Shown here piece by piece: positions 29,046 to 39,610 of a stretch of DNA of 64,000 bases; positions within the stretch are counted from its first letter, which is position 1, and every line of letters starts with the position of its first letter. Position numbers and translations under genes: made by a program. The notes beneath the pieces are model-generated. The model was not told where the DNA came from and searched no databases. It was given only the letters and a program-made list of their open reading frames with translations. This DNA is from an uncultured delta proteobacterium (GTDB lineage: Bacteria > Desulfobacterota > Binatia > UBA9968): contig CAWDPO010000036.1 in the NCBI GenBank assembly GCA_963804165.1, forward strand, positions 58,682-122,681. Reading direction: 5' to 3'.

Positions 29046-30648
29046 ATGATGCCGGCTCATTTTATGAAATTACTGTTTGCCGTTGCTGCGCTGCTGATTT
29101 TACCGATCCTCGGAATTGCGGCCGAAGCGCCCCGATCCGGCGGTGAGCTGGTTTTCGCCGTCGGCGGGACGCCGCCTTCCTTCGACGGTCATCGTGAGAC
29201 GACTTTCGCCATGCTCCACCCGCGTGGCGCCGCACTACAGCACACTGCTGAGATTCGATCCGCAAAATTATCCGAAGATCGTCGGCGACGTGGCGGAAAG
29301 CTGGCAGATATCAAAAGACAGACTTACTTATACCTTCAAGCTTCGAAAGGGAGTTCAGTTTCACGACGGCAGCGTGTTGACCGCCAAAGACGTCAAGGCA
29401 ACTTACGACAAGATTATTTTTCCACCCGAGGGCGTAGTGAGCGCGCGCCAGGCGACCTACGCCGTTGTGGATAAAATGGAGACTCCGGATGACCAAACGA
29501 TGATCTTTCGTTTGAAGCATCCGTCCGCTTCTTTTCTCGCCAACCTGGCTTCTCCGTGGAATTTCATTTACAAAGCGGAGATTCTCGCTAAAGATCCGCG
29601 CTGGTATGAGAAGAACATCATGGGCACCGGCCCGTTCACTTTTGTCGAGTATGTAGCGGGTTCTCACTGGGTGGGCAAGAAGAATCCGAATTACTTCATG
29701 AAAGGGCGACCGTATCTCGACGGCTATAAAGCAGTCATCATCCGGGACACGGCGCCGCGCGTCGCCGCAGTGCGCAGCGGGCAGGCGCTGGTCGAATTTC
29801 GTGGCTTCAATCCCGGCGGCCCGCGACGACATCGTCAAGACCGCAGGCAATCAAGTCACCGTCCAGGAAAGTCCCTGGGTCTGCAATCTTACGGTGACGA
29901 TTAATAACGAAAAAAAACCGTTCGACGACGTGCGAGTTCGCCGCGCCCTCACACTTGCGATCGATCGCTGGGGAGCATCGAAGGCGCTGTCGCAGATTTC
30001 GGTGATGAAGTACGTAGGCGGGCTTTTCCGTCCCGGTTCCGAATTCGCCATGCCCGAATCCGAACTCGTCAAGCTCGCCGGATTTGGAAAAAACATCGAG
30101 GCTGCGCGCAAGTGAAGCGAAAAAATTGCTAAAAGAAGCCGGAGTGCCTGAGGGTTTTTCCTTCACGCTCAAGAACCGTAACGTCAGAGAGCCTTACGAG
30201 GTTACCGGGGTCTACGTCATCGATCAATGGCGCCAGATCGGCCTCAATGTCAATCACGTCCAGCAGGAAGAAGGAGCTTACTTCAATGATTTTCGCCAGG
30301 GCAACTTTGACGCCGGGATCGACTTCTCCTGTGATTTTATGGACGACCCGGATCTCCAGCTCTTCAAGTTCATGAGCAGCGAAAAGAGTCCCGTCAATTA
30401 CGCGAGATACAAAGACAGCGTGTTGGATGAGTTTATACGACAAGCAGAGCCGAGCTACAGACCCGAAAGAACGGCTGAAGCTCTTAAGGCAATTCGAAAA
30501 GCGCGTTATCGATGAGAAGGCATATCAGTTTCCCCCCACCCTCTGGTGGCAGCGCATCGTGCCGCACTGGACGAAAGTGAAAGGCTGGAAGATCACACCG
30601 AGTCACTACGTCAATCAAGACCTCAGGGACGTCTGGATGGCGCAGTAA
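29046..30648 (+). CDS. Peptide/nickel ABC substrate-binding protein (family 5), frameshifted
   Basis: GDVAESW, FKLRKGVQFHDG, GTGPF, PFDDVRVRRAL across several frames. Confidence 0.87.
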
Positions 30649-30656
30649 GTGAAGGC

Positions 30657-30714
30657 GAGGATAGGGATCGAGAATTGAGGATTGCGCCATCCTCTATCCT
30701 CGATCTCGATCCTC
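30657..30714. repeat. GAGGAT/ATCCTC tandem-unit palindrome
   Basis: GAGGATAGGGATCGAGAATTGAGGAT...ATCCTCTATCCTCGATCTCGATCCTC between operon genes. Confidence 0.7.
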
Positions 30715-30729
30715 AGACCTGCTTGAATA

Positions 30730-31684
30730 ATGCGCCAATACATCCTCAAACGCCTCTTGTTAATGATTCCGACTTTGTTCGGTGTTGCCGTATTTATTTT
30801 TTTGCTGCTCCGCGTCTTGCCGGGAGACATTGTCGAACTCAAATACGCCGGTACTGGATCCTATGCGCCGAAGGAGGCGCTCGCCCGCGAACGCGCGCAA
30901 CTGGGTCTAGACCAGCCTATCTGGAAACAGTTCATCACCTGGATCGTCGGTATTCCTCGCTTGGACTTCGGCACATCCATGTGGACGGGACAGCCCATTA
31001 GCCACGAGATTGCTATTCGACTTGAGTTGAGTATCGAGCTTGCCTTGATGGCGACTTTCGTCGCGGTCCTCATGTCCATTCCCCTCGGGAACGATTGCTG
31101 CAGTGAAGCAGGACAGCTGGATAGATTACTTTGTGCGGATTTTCTCCATTGCCGGACTCTCCGTCCCGTCATTTTGGCTCGGCATTGTCATCATCCTCAC
31201 TTTCATCATCTACTTCCGCTGGATGCCACCGCTTATCTTTACTCCGATCTGGGTCGATCCGAAGGCGAATCTTTCACAGTTAATCTGGCCGGCCCTGGCG
31301 GTCGGCTACCGTTATTCGGCCGTGGCGACGCGTATGACGCGCTCGGCGGTGTTAGAGGTATTGCGCGAAGACTATATCCGCACCGCGCGGGCGAAAGGGT
31401 TATGGGAACGGGCTGTTGTCTTTCGCCATGCACTCAAAAATGCGCTGCTGCCGGTGATTACCGTAATCGGACTTGAGTTTGCGTTTCTCGTCGGCGGTCT
31501 GGTGGTGACCGAGCAGGTGTTCAACTTGAACGGTATCGGCAAGCTCTTTGTCGAAGCGATCAGCCAGCGGGACTACACCATGGTGCAGAGTCTGGTGTTG
31601 CTCACTTCATTTGTTTTTATCTTCGTAAATTTTCTCGTTGATTTAATAAACGCCTATTTGGATCCGCGCATCCGCTATCGGTGA
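30730..31684 (+). CDS. Peptide ABC permease (DppB/OppB-like), one frameshift
   Basis: MRQYILKRLL, LGLDQP, EDYIRTARAKGL, RHALKNA, LDPRIRY. Confidence 0.9.
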
Positions 31685-31705
31685 AGCGAACACAAAGATG
31701 GAAGG

Positions 31706-31778
31706 CGTTCAAATAGTTCAAAACGTTCAAGCGGTTCAAGACGTCAGATCATGTTGAACCGTATAAACCGTTTGAACG
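31706..31778. repeat. GTTCAA/TTGAAC 9-nt-period tandem palindrome
   Basis: Four GTTCAA units at 9-nt spacing, then inverted TTGAAC-like units. Confidence 0.75.
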
Positions 31779-31787
31779 AGCTGCGAC

Positions 31788-32684
31788 ATGGCAAGAACTA
31801 GCGTTCAAACCTTGACTCTTCCCGCTGTCTCTCGCCTTGATCGGTGGCTTGAGGCATCTTCCCGCTTCACCCATCAGCGCCCGTTAGGTGCCGTCGGGGC
31901 GGCCATTATAGGCATCATGATCGCGGCTGCCGTCCTTGCGGGGTTCGTTTCGCCGTACGATCCGTTGGCGACGGATTACGGAAAAATGTTACAGGCACCG
32001 AGTTCATTTCACTGGTTCGGAACGGACTCTTTCGGTCGAGACGTATTCACCCGGATCATCTACGGCTCGAGGACTGCTTTATGGATCGGGTTCGCGTCTT
32101 CCTTCCTTGGGGCAACCCTTGGAGCGCTCATCGGCGTAACCAGTGCCTATTTCGGCGGCAAGATCGATCTCCTGCTCCAACGTTTCATGGATCTGCTTTT
32201 GTCGTTTCCATTGGTCATTTTGGCGCTGGTGGTTGTTTCGTTGCTGGGCTCCGGAATGACGAATGTCATCTTCGCCATCACGGTTCCCATGGTACCGCGC
32301 TGCGCTCTCGTCGTGCGCAGCAGCGCCCTCGCTTTGCGTGAGATGCCATTTGTCGAAGCCGCGCGCGCTCTCGGCTTCGGTCCGTTGCGCATCATTGTTC
32401 GCCACATGATGCCCAACGTCATGGCTCCCTATCTGATCATGCTGACTGCGTTTCTCGGTCAGGCGATTCTTTTGGAGGCCTCGCTTTCCTTCCTCGGTCT
32501 CGGCGTAGCGGAACCGCAGGCAGCCTGGGGTCTCATGCTGCGCGGCGCCGCCGTCGAGTTCGCCGAACGCGCGCCGTGGATGGCGATCTACCCTGGGCTC
32601 GCCATCAGTCTTTCGGTTTTCGCCTTCAATCTTTTCGGCGATTCATTGCGCGACGCCCTCGATCCCAAGCTGCGGCTGCCGTGA
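31788..32684 (+). CDS. Peptide ABC permease (DppC/OppC-like)
   Basis: HWFGTDSFGRD, FVEAARALG, RHMMPN, FNLFGDSLRDALDPK. Confidence 0.92.
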   Translation: MARTSVQTLTLPAVSRLDRWLEASSRFTHQRPLGAVGAAIIGIMIAAAVLAGFVSPYDPLATDYGKMLQAPSSFHWFGTDSFGRDVFTRIIYGSRTALWIGFASSFLGATLGALIGVTSAYFGGKIDLLLQRFMDLLLSFPLVILALVVVSLLGSGMTNVIFAITVPMVPRCALVVRSSALALREMPFVEAARALGFGPLRIIVRHMMPNVMAPYLIMLTAFLGQAILLEASLSFLGLGVAEPQAAWGLMLRGAAVEFAERAPWMAIYPGLAISLSVFAFNLFGDSLRDALDPKLRLP

Positions 32685-32824
32685 ACGATGTTCGCGAATC
32701 TTCGACGTCGAAGATCATAGGACAATCGGCCGGGGGCACAATTACGCAATCGGCTTGTCGGTGTAAAACTGACGCGTGAGCGGTACGCGATCCTTGTTTC
32801 GGTTCACCGGGACGGTGTTGGCGC

Positions 32825-33397
32825 CTAAGCGTGGCCTTTCCGGTGTCGATGTTCTTTTGGCTGCCGCGCTTGTCGTCGTAACTCTGCTGCACTTTGAATA
32901 GCTCCGTATCGCGTCATTTCCACTTTCCGCATCACGCCTGCTTGTATCGACATAATCGAAAGCGACACGGCGCTGATCCTTGAATATCCGAACCAGCCGG
33001 CCGTCATCGGCGTCGATGATTCTGCCGATGGTCCGCAGGGTTTCGCCAAGGCTGTAAATATCGGGAACTTTGCCGACTTGCGAGCGCCGATGAAGGCCCG
33101 CTTGATCCAGGCGGTTCACTTCCGCCGCGTCGTAGGTCTGCTCGATAGTCGCTAATTCGATGCCTTCCGGTGCCTTAGCGAGGCGATAGTTGATGACTTG
33201 TGGACGACTTTGTCGAACCCTGATTTTTCAACTTGTGGAGTCCGTTTCTCGGTTCTTTTGCGGTCAGCATCGCACGCGAACCTCAAAGTTCGTCTCCCTT
33301 GTAGTCGATCTCCACCTTTTGCGGAATTAGATCGGCGAGGTCCTGGCCGATGACTCGCAGGGCATGTGCATGGAAGCCGGCAGGGCTGTTGGATCAT
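32825..33397 (-). CDS. Hypothetical protein, frameshifted; probable paralog of 50351-50869
   Basis: Stitched frames give LRVIGQDLADL...VNRLDQAGLHRR...LGETLRTIGRIID. Confidence 0.55.
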
Positions 33398-33828
33398 GAG
33401 TTTGAAAGTGTCGGATAGTTTCACAGATTAAAAATCGGGGCTGATCACTGCCCATGAAGAAAAAATCCCAACGTTTGTGCGAGTTTCGACTAAGGAGATG
33501 ACAGGCCCCTAATCGCTGCGCTGCAACAGATCAAGAATTTGAGCGATAGCTCGGTGCAAATTGAACCCTTTGACCCTAAGGTTACTCAAAAACGGAAAAG
33601 TCAGGAGAATTATTGGCTCGAAGTTCCAAAGCCGCACTGGGCAATGCTCGGCGGCGAGGTGCCACTACTAGGTTCTAGCGCGCGGTTAAAGAGGGGCTCA
33701 GTCGAACACCGCGAATTCAATCTTTTTCGCCTCTCACCTTGACCCCAGCCGATAGCGGCGTATTACAAGCGAGAGATGCCGCTCTTCGGCGCGGGAGTCG
33801 GACTCAGTGGAAAAGGGAAGCGGCGATC

Positions 33829-34918
33829 ATGGCTGCAACAAATCTGAGCAAGCGGCGAACGAGCTCGGAGCGAAGACGACATATCAACTATTCCTGGAAA
33901 ACGAAGGTGTGCCGGCGGTCCAGGGTTTTCACATCGAGAACATAAACAAGTCGAGCTTACATCCCTGGGCGCGCGTCGGGCGGCCGCGGAGTTTACCTCA
34001 ACCTGGAAGGGTCCGAGGGAGTCAACGATTGCTACATCTGTGAGATCGCGCCCGGACAATCGCTCGCGCCACAGAAGCATATGTTCGAGGCGCTGGTTTA
34101 TGTCGTCAGCGGCCGCGGCGCGACGACGATCTGGCAGGACGGCGGCAGACGGCAAACTTTCGAATGGGGCGAGGGCGCGCTGTTTTCGCCGCCGCTCAAT
34201 GCGCGGTATCAGCACTTCAATGGTCAAGGCGATAAGCCGGTGCGGCTTTTGGCGATGACCAATGCGCCGACCGTGCTGAATCTTTATCATAACATCGATT
34301 TCGTTTTTAATTGCGACTATCGCTTCACCGATCGCTACGCCGGTGAAGACGATTTTTTCAGCGGCCAGGCGAAGATTCCCGGCGCGGGCTTTCACGACAC
34401 CAATTTTATTCGCGACGTGCGAAGTTACGAGTTGCCCGAAAGAAAAGACCGCGGTGCGGGTGGCAGGATGATCATGATCGAGATGTCCAACAACGTCATG
34501 TCGGCGCATATCTCCCAGTTCCCGGTGGGGACCTACAAGAAAGCACACCGGCACGGCGCTGGCGCGCATGTAATTATCCTGCGGGGCGAAGGGTTTTCAA
34601 TGGTGTGGCGCGAGGGCGATGACGTCAAACGGTACAACTGGCACGCCGGCAGCTTGCTCGTGCCGCCGGAACGCTGGTTTCATCAGCACTTCAACGTCGG
34701 CGGCGAGCCAGCGCGCTATTTGGCGCTCAAGCCCTTCAGCAGCCGAAAATTTCCCGGCCTGCGCAAACAGTGGGGTACTTCAGAAAGCGTCAAGCTCGGC
34801 GGAGATCAGATCGAATACGACGACGAAGATCCGCATATTCGCCAGATGTTCGAAGCGGAATTGTCCAAGCGTGGCGTGGCGAGCCAAATGGGTCCGTGTT
34901 TACAAGGCTGCGAGTTGA
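33829..34918 (+). CDS. Bicupin protein, frameshifted at both ends
   Basis: HMFEALVYVVSGRGAT, YQHFN, YKKAHRHGAGAH, WFHQHFN. Confidence 0.8.
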
Positions 34919-34932
34919 CTGTGAACATTGTC

Positions 34933-35955
34933 ATGAGCAAACTTTGTTTGCTAATAGGGTTCATCGCTATTTGCACGCCGAATTCGCCTCTCGACGCTGC
35001 CGACAAAGTGCGCATCTCAGTAACCAACCCCAATATGTCCTTTCTTCCGTCGGGAGTCGCTTTCAAAAAAGGTTTTTTCAAAGACGAGGGCCTCGACGTA
35101 GAGATCATCCGCATGAACGTGCCGAACATTATCACCGCGCTCGTAACCGGAGATGTTGGCTATACCTTGCTCTTCGGCTCGGTCGTGCGCGGCGCGCTTC
35201 GGGGCATGCCGATGCGCGCTCTCGCGAGCCTCTTGGATGGTTCCACTCACGCCTTGGTTGCCAAGCCTGAATACAAATCGGGCAAGCAACTTAAGGGAAA
35301 AATCGTCGGCATCGGTAACTTCGGCGGCACCGACGAGGTGGCTGGTCGAATGATGCTCAAATCCTTTGGCCTGGATACGGAGAGAGATCTCAAGTTCATC
35401 GCCCTGGGGCCGGATCGAGCCCGTCTCGCCGCGCTGAAGGAAGGTCTGGTGGATGTAGCCGTAATTGCCCCGCCCGGTGACGCCCTAGGAGGGCAGATGG
35501 GATTCAACGTCCTTCTTAGGGCGTACGAGGTTTTTAGTTTCCCATTCATCGGCATCGGCGCCAATCTCAAAACGATCAAGGAGAAGCCGGATGAGGTTAA
35601 AAAAGTAGTAAAGGCCATGGTGCGAGCAAACCGTTTTATCCGGGACGACAAGGAAGGCGCTGTGAGGATCCTGATGGAATGGGGGAAGATAGAGCGTGAC
35701 CACGCTGTGGCTTCCTACGATTCCACCTGGAAGGTCTTCAGTCCGGACGGAAACATTCCACCCGAAGGTTTGCGCATGGTGTTAGAGCAAGCCAAGACGG
35801 AACTCAAGCTAAAGCGCGATCTGCCCCTGAGTGAAATCATCGATTTGGCGCCGCTTCAGGCGGCGCAACGAGAGCTGGGGATCAAAAAACTGAAGGTTCC
35901 GCAGATCCGCCAGAGTCCGTCGACGGATGCTCAGGACGAACGAAGGAGATTTTGA
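34933..35955 (+). CDS. NitT/TauT ABC substrate-binding protein
   Basis: Has its own signal peptide MSKLCLLIGFIAIC; KGFFKDEGLDVE, LKGKIVGIGNFGG. Confidence 0.85.
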   Translation: MSKLCLLIGFIAICTPNSPLDAADKVRISVTNPNMSFLPSGVAFKKGFFKDEGLDVEIIRMNVPNIITALVTGDVGYTLLFGSVVRGALRGMPMRALASLLDGSTHALVAKPEYKSGKQLKGKIVGIGNFGGTDEVAGRMMLKSFGLDTERDLKFIALGPDRARLAALKEGLVDVAVIAPPGDALGGQMGFNVLLRAYEVFSFPFIGIGANLKTIKEKPDEVKKVVKAMVRANRFIRDDKEGAVRILMEWGKIERDHAVASYDSTWKVFSPDGNIPPEGLRMVLEQAKTELKLKRDLPLSEIIDLAPLQAAQRELGIKKLKVPQIRQSPSTDAQDERRRF

Positions 35956-36007
35956 GATCAGTGAGGATAATTTGCCGTCATGCTGAGGTTCTGCGAAGTT
36001 CCGAACC
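35892..36007. repeat. Degenerate CTCAG/CTGAG palindromic element
   Basis: TCGACGGATGCTCAGGACGAACG...CGTCATGCTGAGG; resembles the inner element at 15116-15245. Confidence 0.5.
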
Positions 36008-36045
36008 TTTTTGCTTGCGGCTTTGCGGATTACAAAGGAGACGAC

Positions 36046-37107
36046 ATGTCGGAAGAAGAACTTTTACGCGAGCTCGATAAAAAACTGCGTGGCTTGAGTG
36101 TCGAAGGGTTGTGGTCGCAGGCATCCGAGGCCGACATGGCCACCTACAGCAAAGACCCCCATACATCAGTGCTGCCGCATGTATGGAAATGGCCGGCGCT
36201 CTACGAGGCAATCCAGACCGTGGCGAACATGCACGGTCTCGACGGCAAAGCGGAGCGGCGCGTGCTCAGGCTGATCAATCCCGCCTACCAAGACCAGAAA
36301 AACCGCCGGCAACGAACGACCACACATACGATGCTGATGACCTTGCAACTGTTGAAACCGGGCGAGGTGGCCCACGATCATCGACATAATTTCGCCGCGT
36401 TCCGTTTCATCCTGAAGGGGAGCGGCGCATACACCGTCGTTGAAGGCGAGAAAATTCCCATGCAGGAGGGCGACCTTATCCTCACGCCGTCGATGACGTG
36501 GCATGGACACCGTAACGCTGGCGAGCCCGTCGTCTGGCTCGATGGTTTGGATAATCCCTTACTGTTTTTGCTCCAGGCGATCACCTGGGAAGCATTCCCC
36601 GGCGGCCTCCAACCGATGAAGCAGGTCTCTGAGCACACAACGCCGCGGGTCGGCACGACGCGGCCGGTATGGGAAAAGATTTCGGAACGTCCCACCTATA
36701 ACTTGCACTACAAATGGCAGGATACGTACGAGAAACTCCAGCGCCTGAGCGACGGGCCGGGAAGTCCTTTCGACGGCGTGGCGTTGGAATACGTCAGCCC
36801 GGACGGCGGTCACACGATGCCGACGTTATCCTGTGGTATTCAAATGTTCCGGCCGGGAGAAGTCACCAAAACGCACCGGCACAATTGCAGCACCATCTAT
36901 CACGCTTTTCGAGGAAACGGCGCGACGGTCATCAACGGTCAAAAATTCGAATGGGAGCAAGGCGATTGCTTCGTTGTGCCGCTGTGGAACTGGCACAGCC
37001 ATCAAAATCGCTCCCAAGCCGAGGCCGCGATTCTTTTTTCGGTGAGCGATCTGCCGGTAATGGAAGCGCTCAAGCTTTACCGTGAGGAAGCGGCAGAGGG
37101 TTCGTGA
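36046..37107 (+). CDS. Gentisate 1,2-dioxygenase-like cupin
   Basis: AERRVLRLINP, QLLKPGEVAHDHRH, TPSMTWHGH, WLDGLD; SD AAGGAG. Confidence 0.87.
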   Translation: MSEEELLRELDKKLRGLSVEGLWSQASEADMATYSKDPHTSVLPHVWKWPALYEAIQTVANMHGLDGKAERRVLRLINPAYQDQKNRRQRTTTHTMLMTLQLLKPGEVAHDHRHNFAAFRFILKGSGAYTVVEGEKIPMQEGDLILTPSMTWHGHRNAGEPVVWLDGLDNPLLFLLQAITWEAFPGGLQPMKQVSEHTTPRVGTTRPVWEKISERPTYNLHYKWQDTYEKLQRLSDGPGSPFDGVALEYVSPDGGHTMPTLSCGIQMFRPGEVTKTHRHNCSTIYHAFRGNGATVINGQKFEWEQGDCFVVPLWNWHSHQNRSQAEAAILFSVSDLPVMEALKLYREEAAEGS

Positions 37108-37177
37108 TTTTCGACGGACTTTTCTTGATGGTCTGTATTGCTGATGTTAGTTTTTGAAGGGCGTTGCCTGGCGTCGC

Positions 37178-38473
37178 TCAGTTGTCTAACTGTGCTGCCG
37201 TGGCGCATCGACGCCACGGCTTTATCAACAGCGCGTTGAGCAGCGTTGCTAGGGCGAGAGTGAAAAACAGGATCCACATGACGCCCGTGTAGCTTTGACT
37301 ACGATCGTACATCGCCCCGGCCAGCACTGGTCCGACGACACTTCCCCACATATAAAAGAAACTCAACATGCCGCGAATCGTCGCGAAATACTTGCGCCCG
37401 TAAAAGTCTCCGACCGTGGCCCACAGGATCGGGAAAGACGCGTCGAGCAGAGTGTAGCACATGGTAAACGACCATAGCTGCCAATGCGCTGCGACCCCGA
37501 CGAGCGGAAGCACAGCCAACGCGGGCGCGATATGGCAGAGCGTCATGAGCCCCGGTTTGTTGACGCGGTCGGCGATCCAGCCGAGCACGAAATGCGCGGC
37601 AAGATTGATAAACGCGAAGGCGCCGAGCAAGAATGCCGCCTCCTCCTGATTTAAGCCTTGCCACACCATGATCGGCACGAAATGGACGCTGACGGTGCTA
37701 TACGCGGCGACGCGCGCAGTCATTGAAACGACGAGCAGCCAAAAGACGAAGGTCTTCATCGCTTGCGCGGCGGTAAAATCCATTGCGCGGGCGCCGCCGT
37801 CGGTTTGATTTCCGGCGGATTTCGCGGCTGTGCTCTCACTCGACGCGTCGCCGTCGGGCAAGAGACCCACGCTCTCGGGCGAGCGCCGGACTTGAAAACT
37901 TAAAGGCAAGCAAACCGCTAAAAACAGACAGCCGGAGAGAAACGCGGCCCAGCGCCAGCCGAGAGATTGCACGCCCACGGCGAGCAGAGGCGAGAGCAGC
38001 GCGCCGCCGACCGGCACCGCGGCGCTGACGACGGTCATGGCGCGCGCGCGGTGGCGAATAAACCAACTGTTGGCGATCACCATCGGCGAATGGACAAATC
38101 CGGCAATGAAGGCGAGCGAGATGACGGCGAGATAGACAACCAAGAAACTCGCGTAGCTATTCACCCATGACAGGAGGATGTAGCCGACCCCGGCGAGAAA
38201 CGAGGCGGTCACAATGATCGGACGGGGGCCGAAACGGTCGATCAAATAGCCGACCAGAGGCGCCTCGATGGCGCCTTGGGCGCGCGCGAGCGAGAACGCG
38301 AGCGAGGTCTCGGCGCGGCTCATGCCGAGATCTTGGCTGATCGGCAGAAAAAAAACCGTGAAGCCGTATTGATGGAGTCCGCCACCGACAACACGAATGG
38401 CGGAGATCAATCCGATCATGCGCCAGCCGTAAAAGACACGCGACCAAGAAGCGGCGATGCTAGGAAATATCAT
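37178..38473 (-). CDS. MFS transporter (OFA/monocarboxylate-like)
   Basis: FYGWRM, GYLIDRFGPR, about 12 hydrophobic segments. Confidence 0.88.
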   Translation of the reverse strand: MIFPSIAASWSRVFYGWRMIGLISAIRVVGGGLHQYGFTVFFLPISQDLGMSRAETSLAFSLARAQGAIEAPLVGYLIDRFGPRPIIVTASFLAGVGYILLSWVNSYASFLVVYLAVISLAFIAGFVHSPMVIANSWFIRHRARAMTVVSAAVPVGGALLSPLLAVGVQSLGWRWAAFLSGCLFLAVCLPLSFQVRRSPESVGLLPDGDASSESTAAKSAGNQTDGGARAMDFTAAQAMKTFVFWLLVVSMTARVAAYSTVSVHFVPIMVWQGLNQEEAAFLLGAFAFINLAAHFVLGWIADRVNKPGLMTLCHIAPALAVLPLVGVAAHWQLWSFTMCYTLLDASFPILWATVGDFYGRKYFATIRGMLSFFYMWGSVVGPVLAGAMYDRSQSYTGVMWILFFTLALATLLNALLIKPWRRCATAAQLDN

Positions 38474-38786
38474 GGACCGGCAAGCGGCGACTGTGTGGCA
38501 ATGATTTGTCTGTAAAGAATGGAGTCGCCAGATGCGGCGCGTGTCCGATGCCTGATCTCAACGATTGATTAAATAGTTTTCTTTGTTCTTTCGTCGTGAC
38601 TACGGCGCAAGCGGGAGGGGGCCAAACCCGTTCTGTCTTGCAAAACAGCACACTAATATGTCGGCGACTAAGCTGACGAAGCGTTGCCGGTCTCGACTCG
38701 CCGGCAGCGATAACAAGACCGCTGCCGGGATCGACCAACAGAGGGTGATTGGAAACCTTTGCCGCGAGCGAAAAAGCCGCCGCAAT

Positions 38787-39203
38787 CTATCGGCTCTGCA
38801 GGACCTGTCCACCCATATTGGTGATTTTATCCAATCGAATCACCACCGCGGCGCCTTTGCGTTCGGGATCCTTGTCCAGTTCTTCCTTGACGGTGCGTGC
38901 CATGACTTGATCGCGGATCGGTCCGTCCTCGTGCATGGTCGCCGTGCCGTGAAAGCGCCATGCGGCTTTCGTTTTGGTGTCGCGGAACAGCACGATGACG
39001 TGCGGGTTTTCTTTGACGTTTTTCATATGCTGGCGCTTGGTGCGTTCCCAGTAAGCGAGGGACTCGCCGTCGAACACCATCATGCTGCCTTTATAGCCGA
39101 TATCCGGCTCGCCGTCGCCTGAAACGGTGGCGAGTATGCACGGACTACCGTTAGCCAAGGCGCTATCAACGAGTTCCTTCATCTGATCGATTATCGCAAT
39201 CAT
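38787..39203 (-). CDS. Pyridoxamine 5'-phosphate oxidase-like FMN-binding protein
   Basis: CILATVSGDGEP, NVKENPHV, RFHGTA; SD AGGAGG. Confidence 0.78.
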   Translation of the reverse strand: MIAIIDQMKELVDSALANGSPCILATVSGDGEPDIGYKGSMMVFDGESLAYWERTKRQHMKNVKENPHVIVLFRDTKTKAAWRFHGTATMHEDGPIRDQVMARTVKEELDKDPERKGAAVVIRLDKITNMGGQVLQSR

Positions 39204-39610
39204 AGACACCTCCTGGAGCATAATGAATACAAAATAGACAGGCTGCGGTCAAATTGAATTTGATCTTATTGAAGTTTGGTCTCGTGTGTAGAAGCTGGAG
39301 CATTTCTATTTACCACGAAGCGCACGAAGGATTCGGATAGTTCACCGCCGAGACGCGCGAGGGCGCGGAGGGAGGAGTTAGAAGTCAACTAAACCCACAG
39401 GGAGTTGATGAAGTATCAGAACATAGCGCTCTTAATTGATCCCAATGACGTCACCCCCGAATGTTTTAATCGGAGGTCTAGTTCCGGTCTCGCCTGGATT
39501 CCCGATAGAAGCATTCGGGAATGACGGACTTTATAAGAGCGCTGGAATAGCTCTTCACCCAGCAAGCTGCCGCGAATCAAGTCCGCAGAAAAATCTCTGC
39601 GAACTCTGTG

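Noticed and set aside
23061-33397. Mass pseudogenisation or programmed frameshifting
   Set aside because: Breaks are scattered single-base indels, often at short homopolymers, across unrelated genes whose motifs are intact; long-read error is the simpler explanation
34081-35955. Apparent 624-aa cupin-SBP fusion
   Set aside because: The SBP has its own ATG and signal peptide at 34933, and the cupin has a natural end (VYKAAS*) in another frame at 34918; most likely an indel artefact
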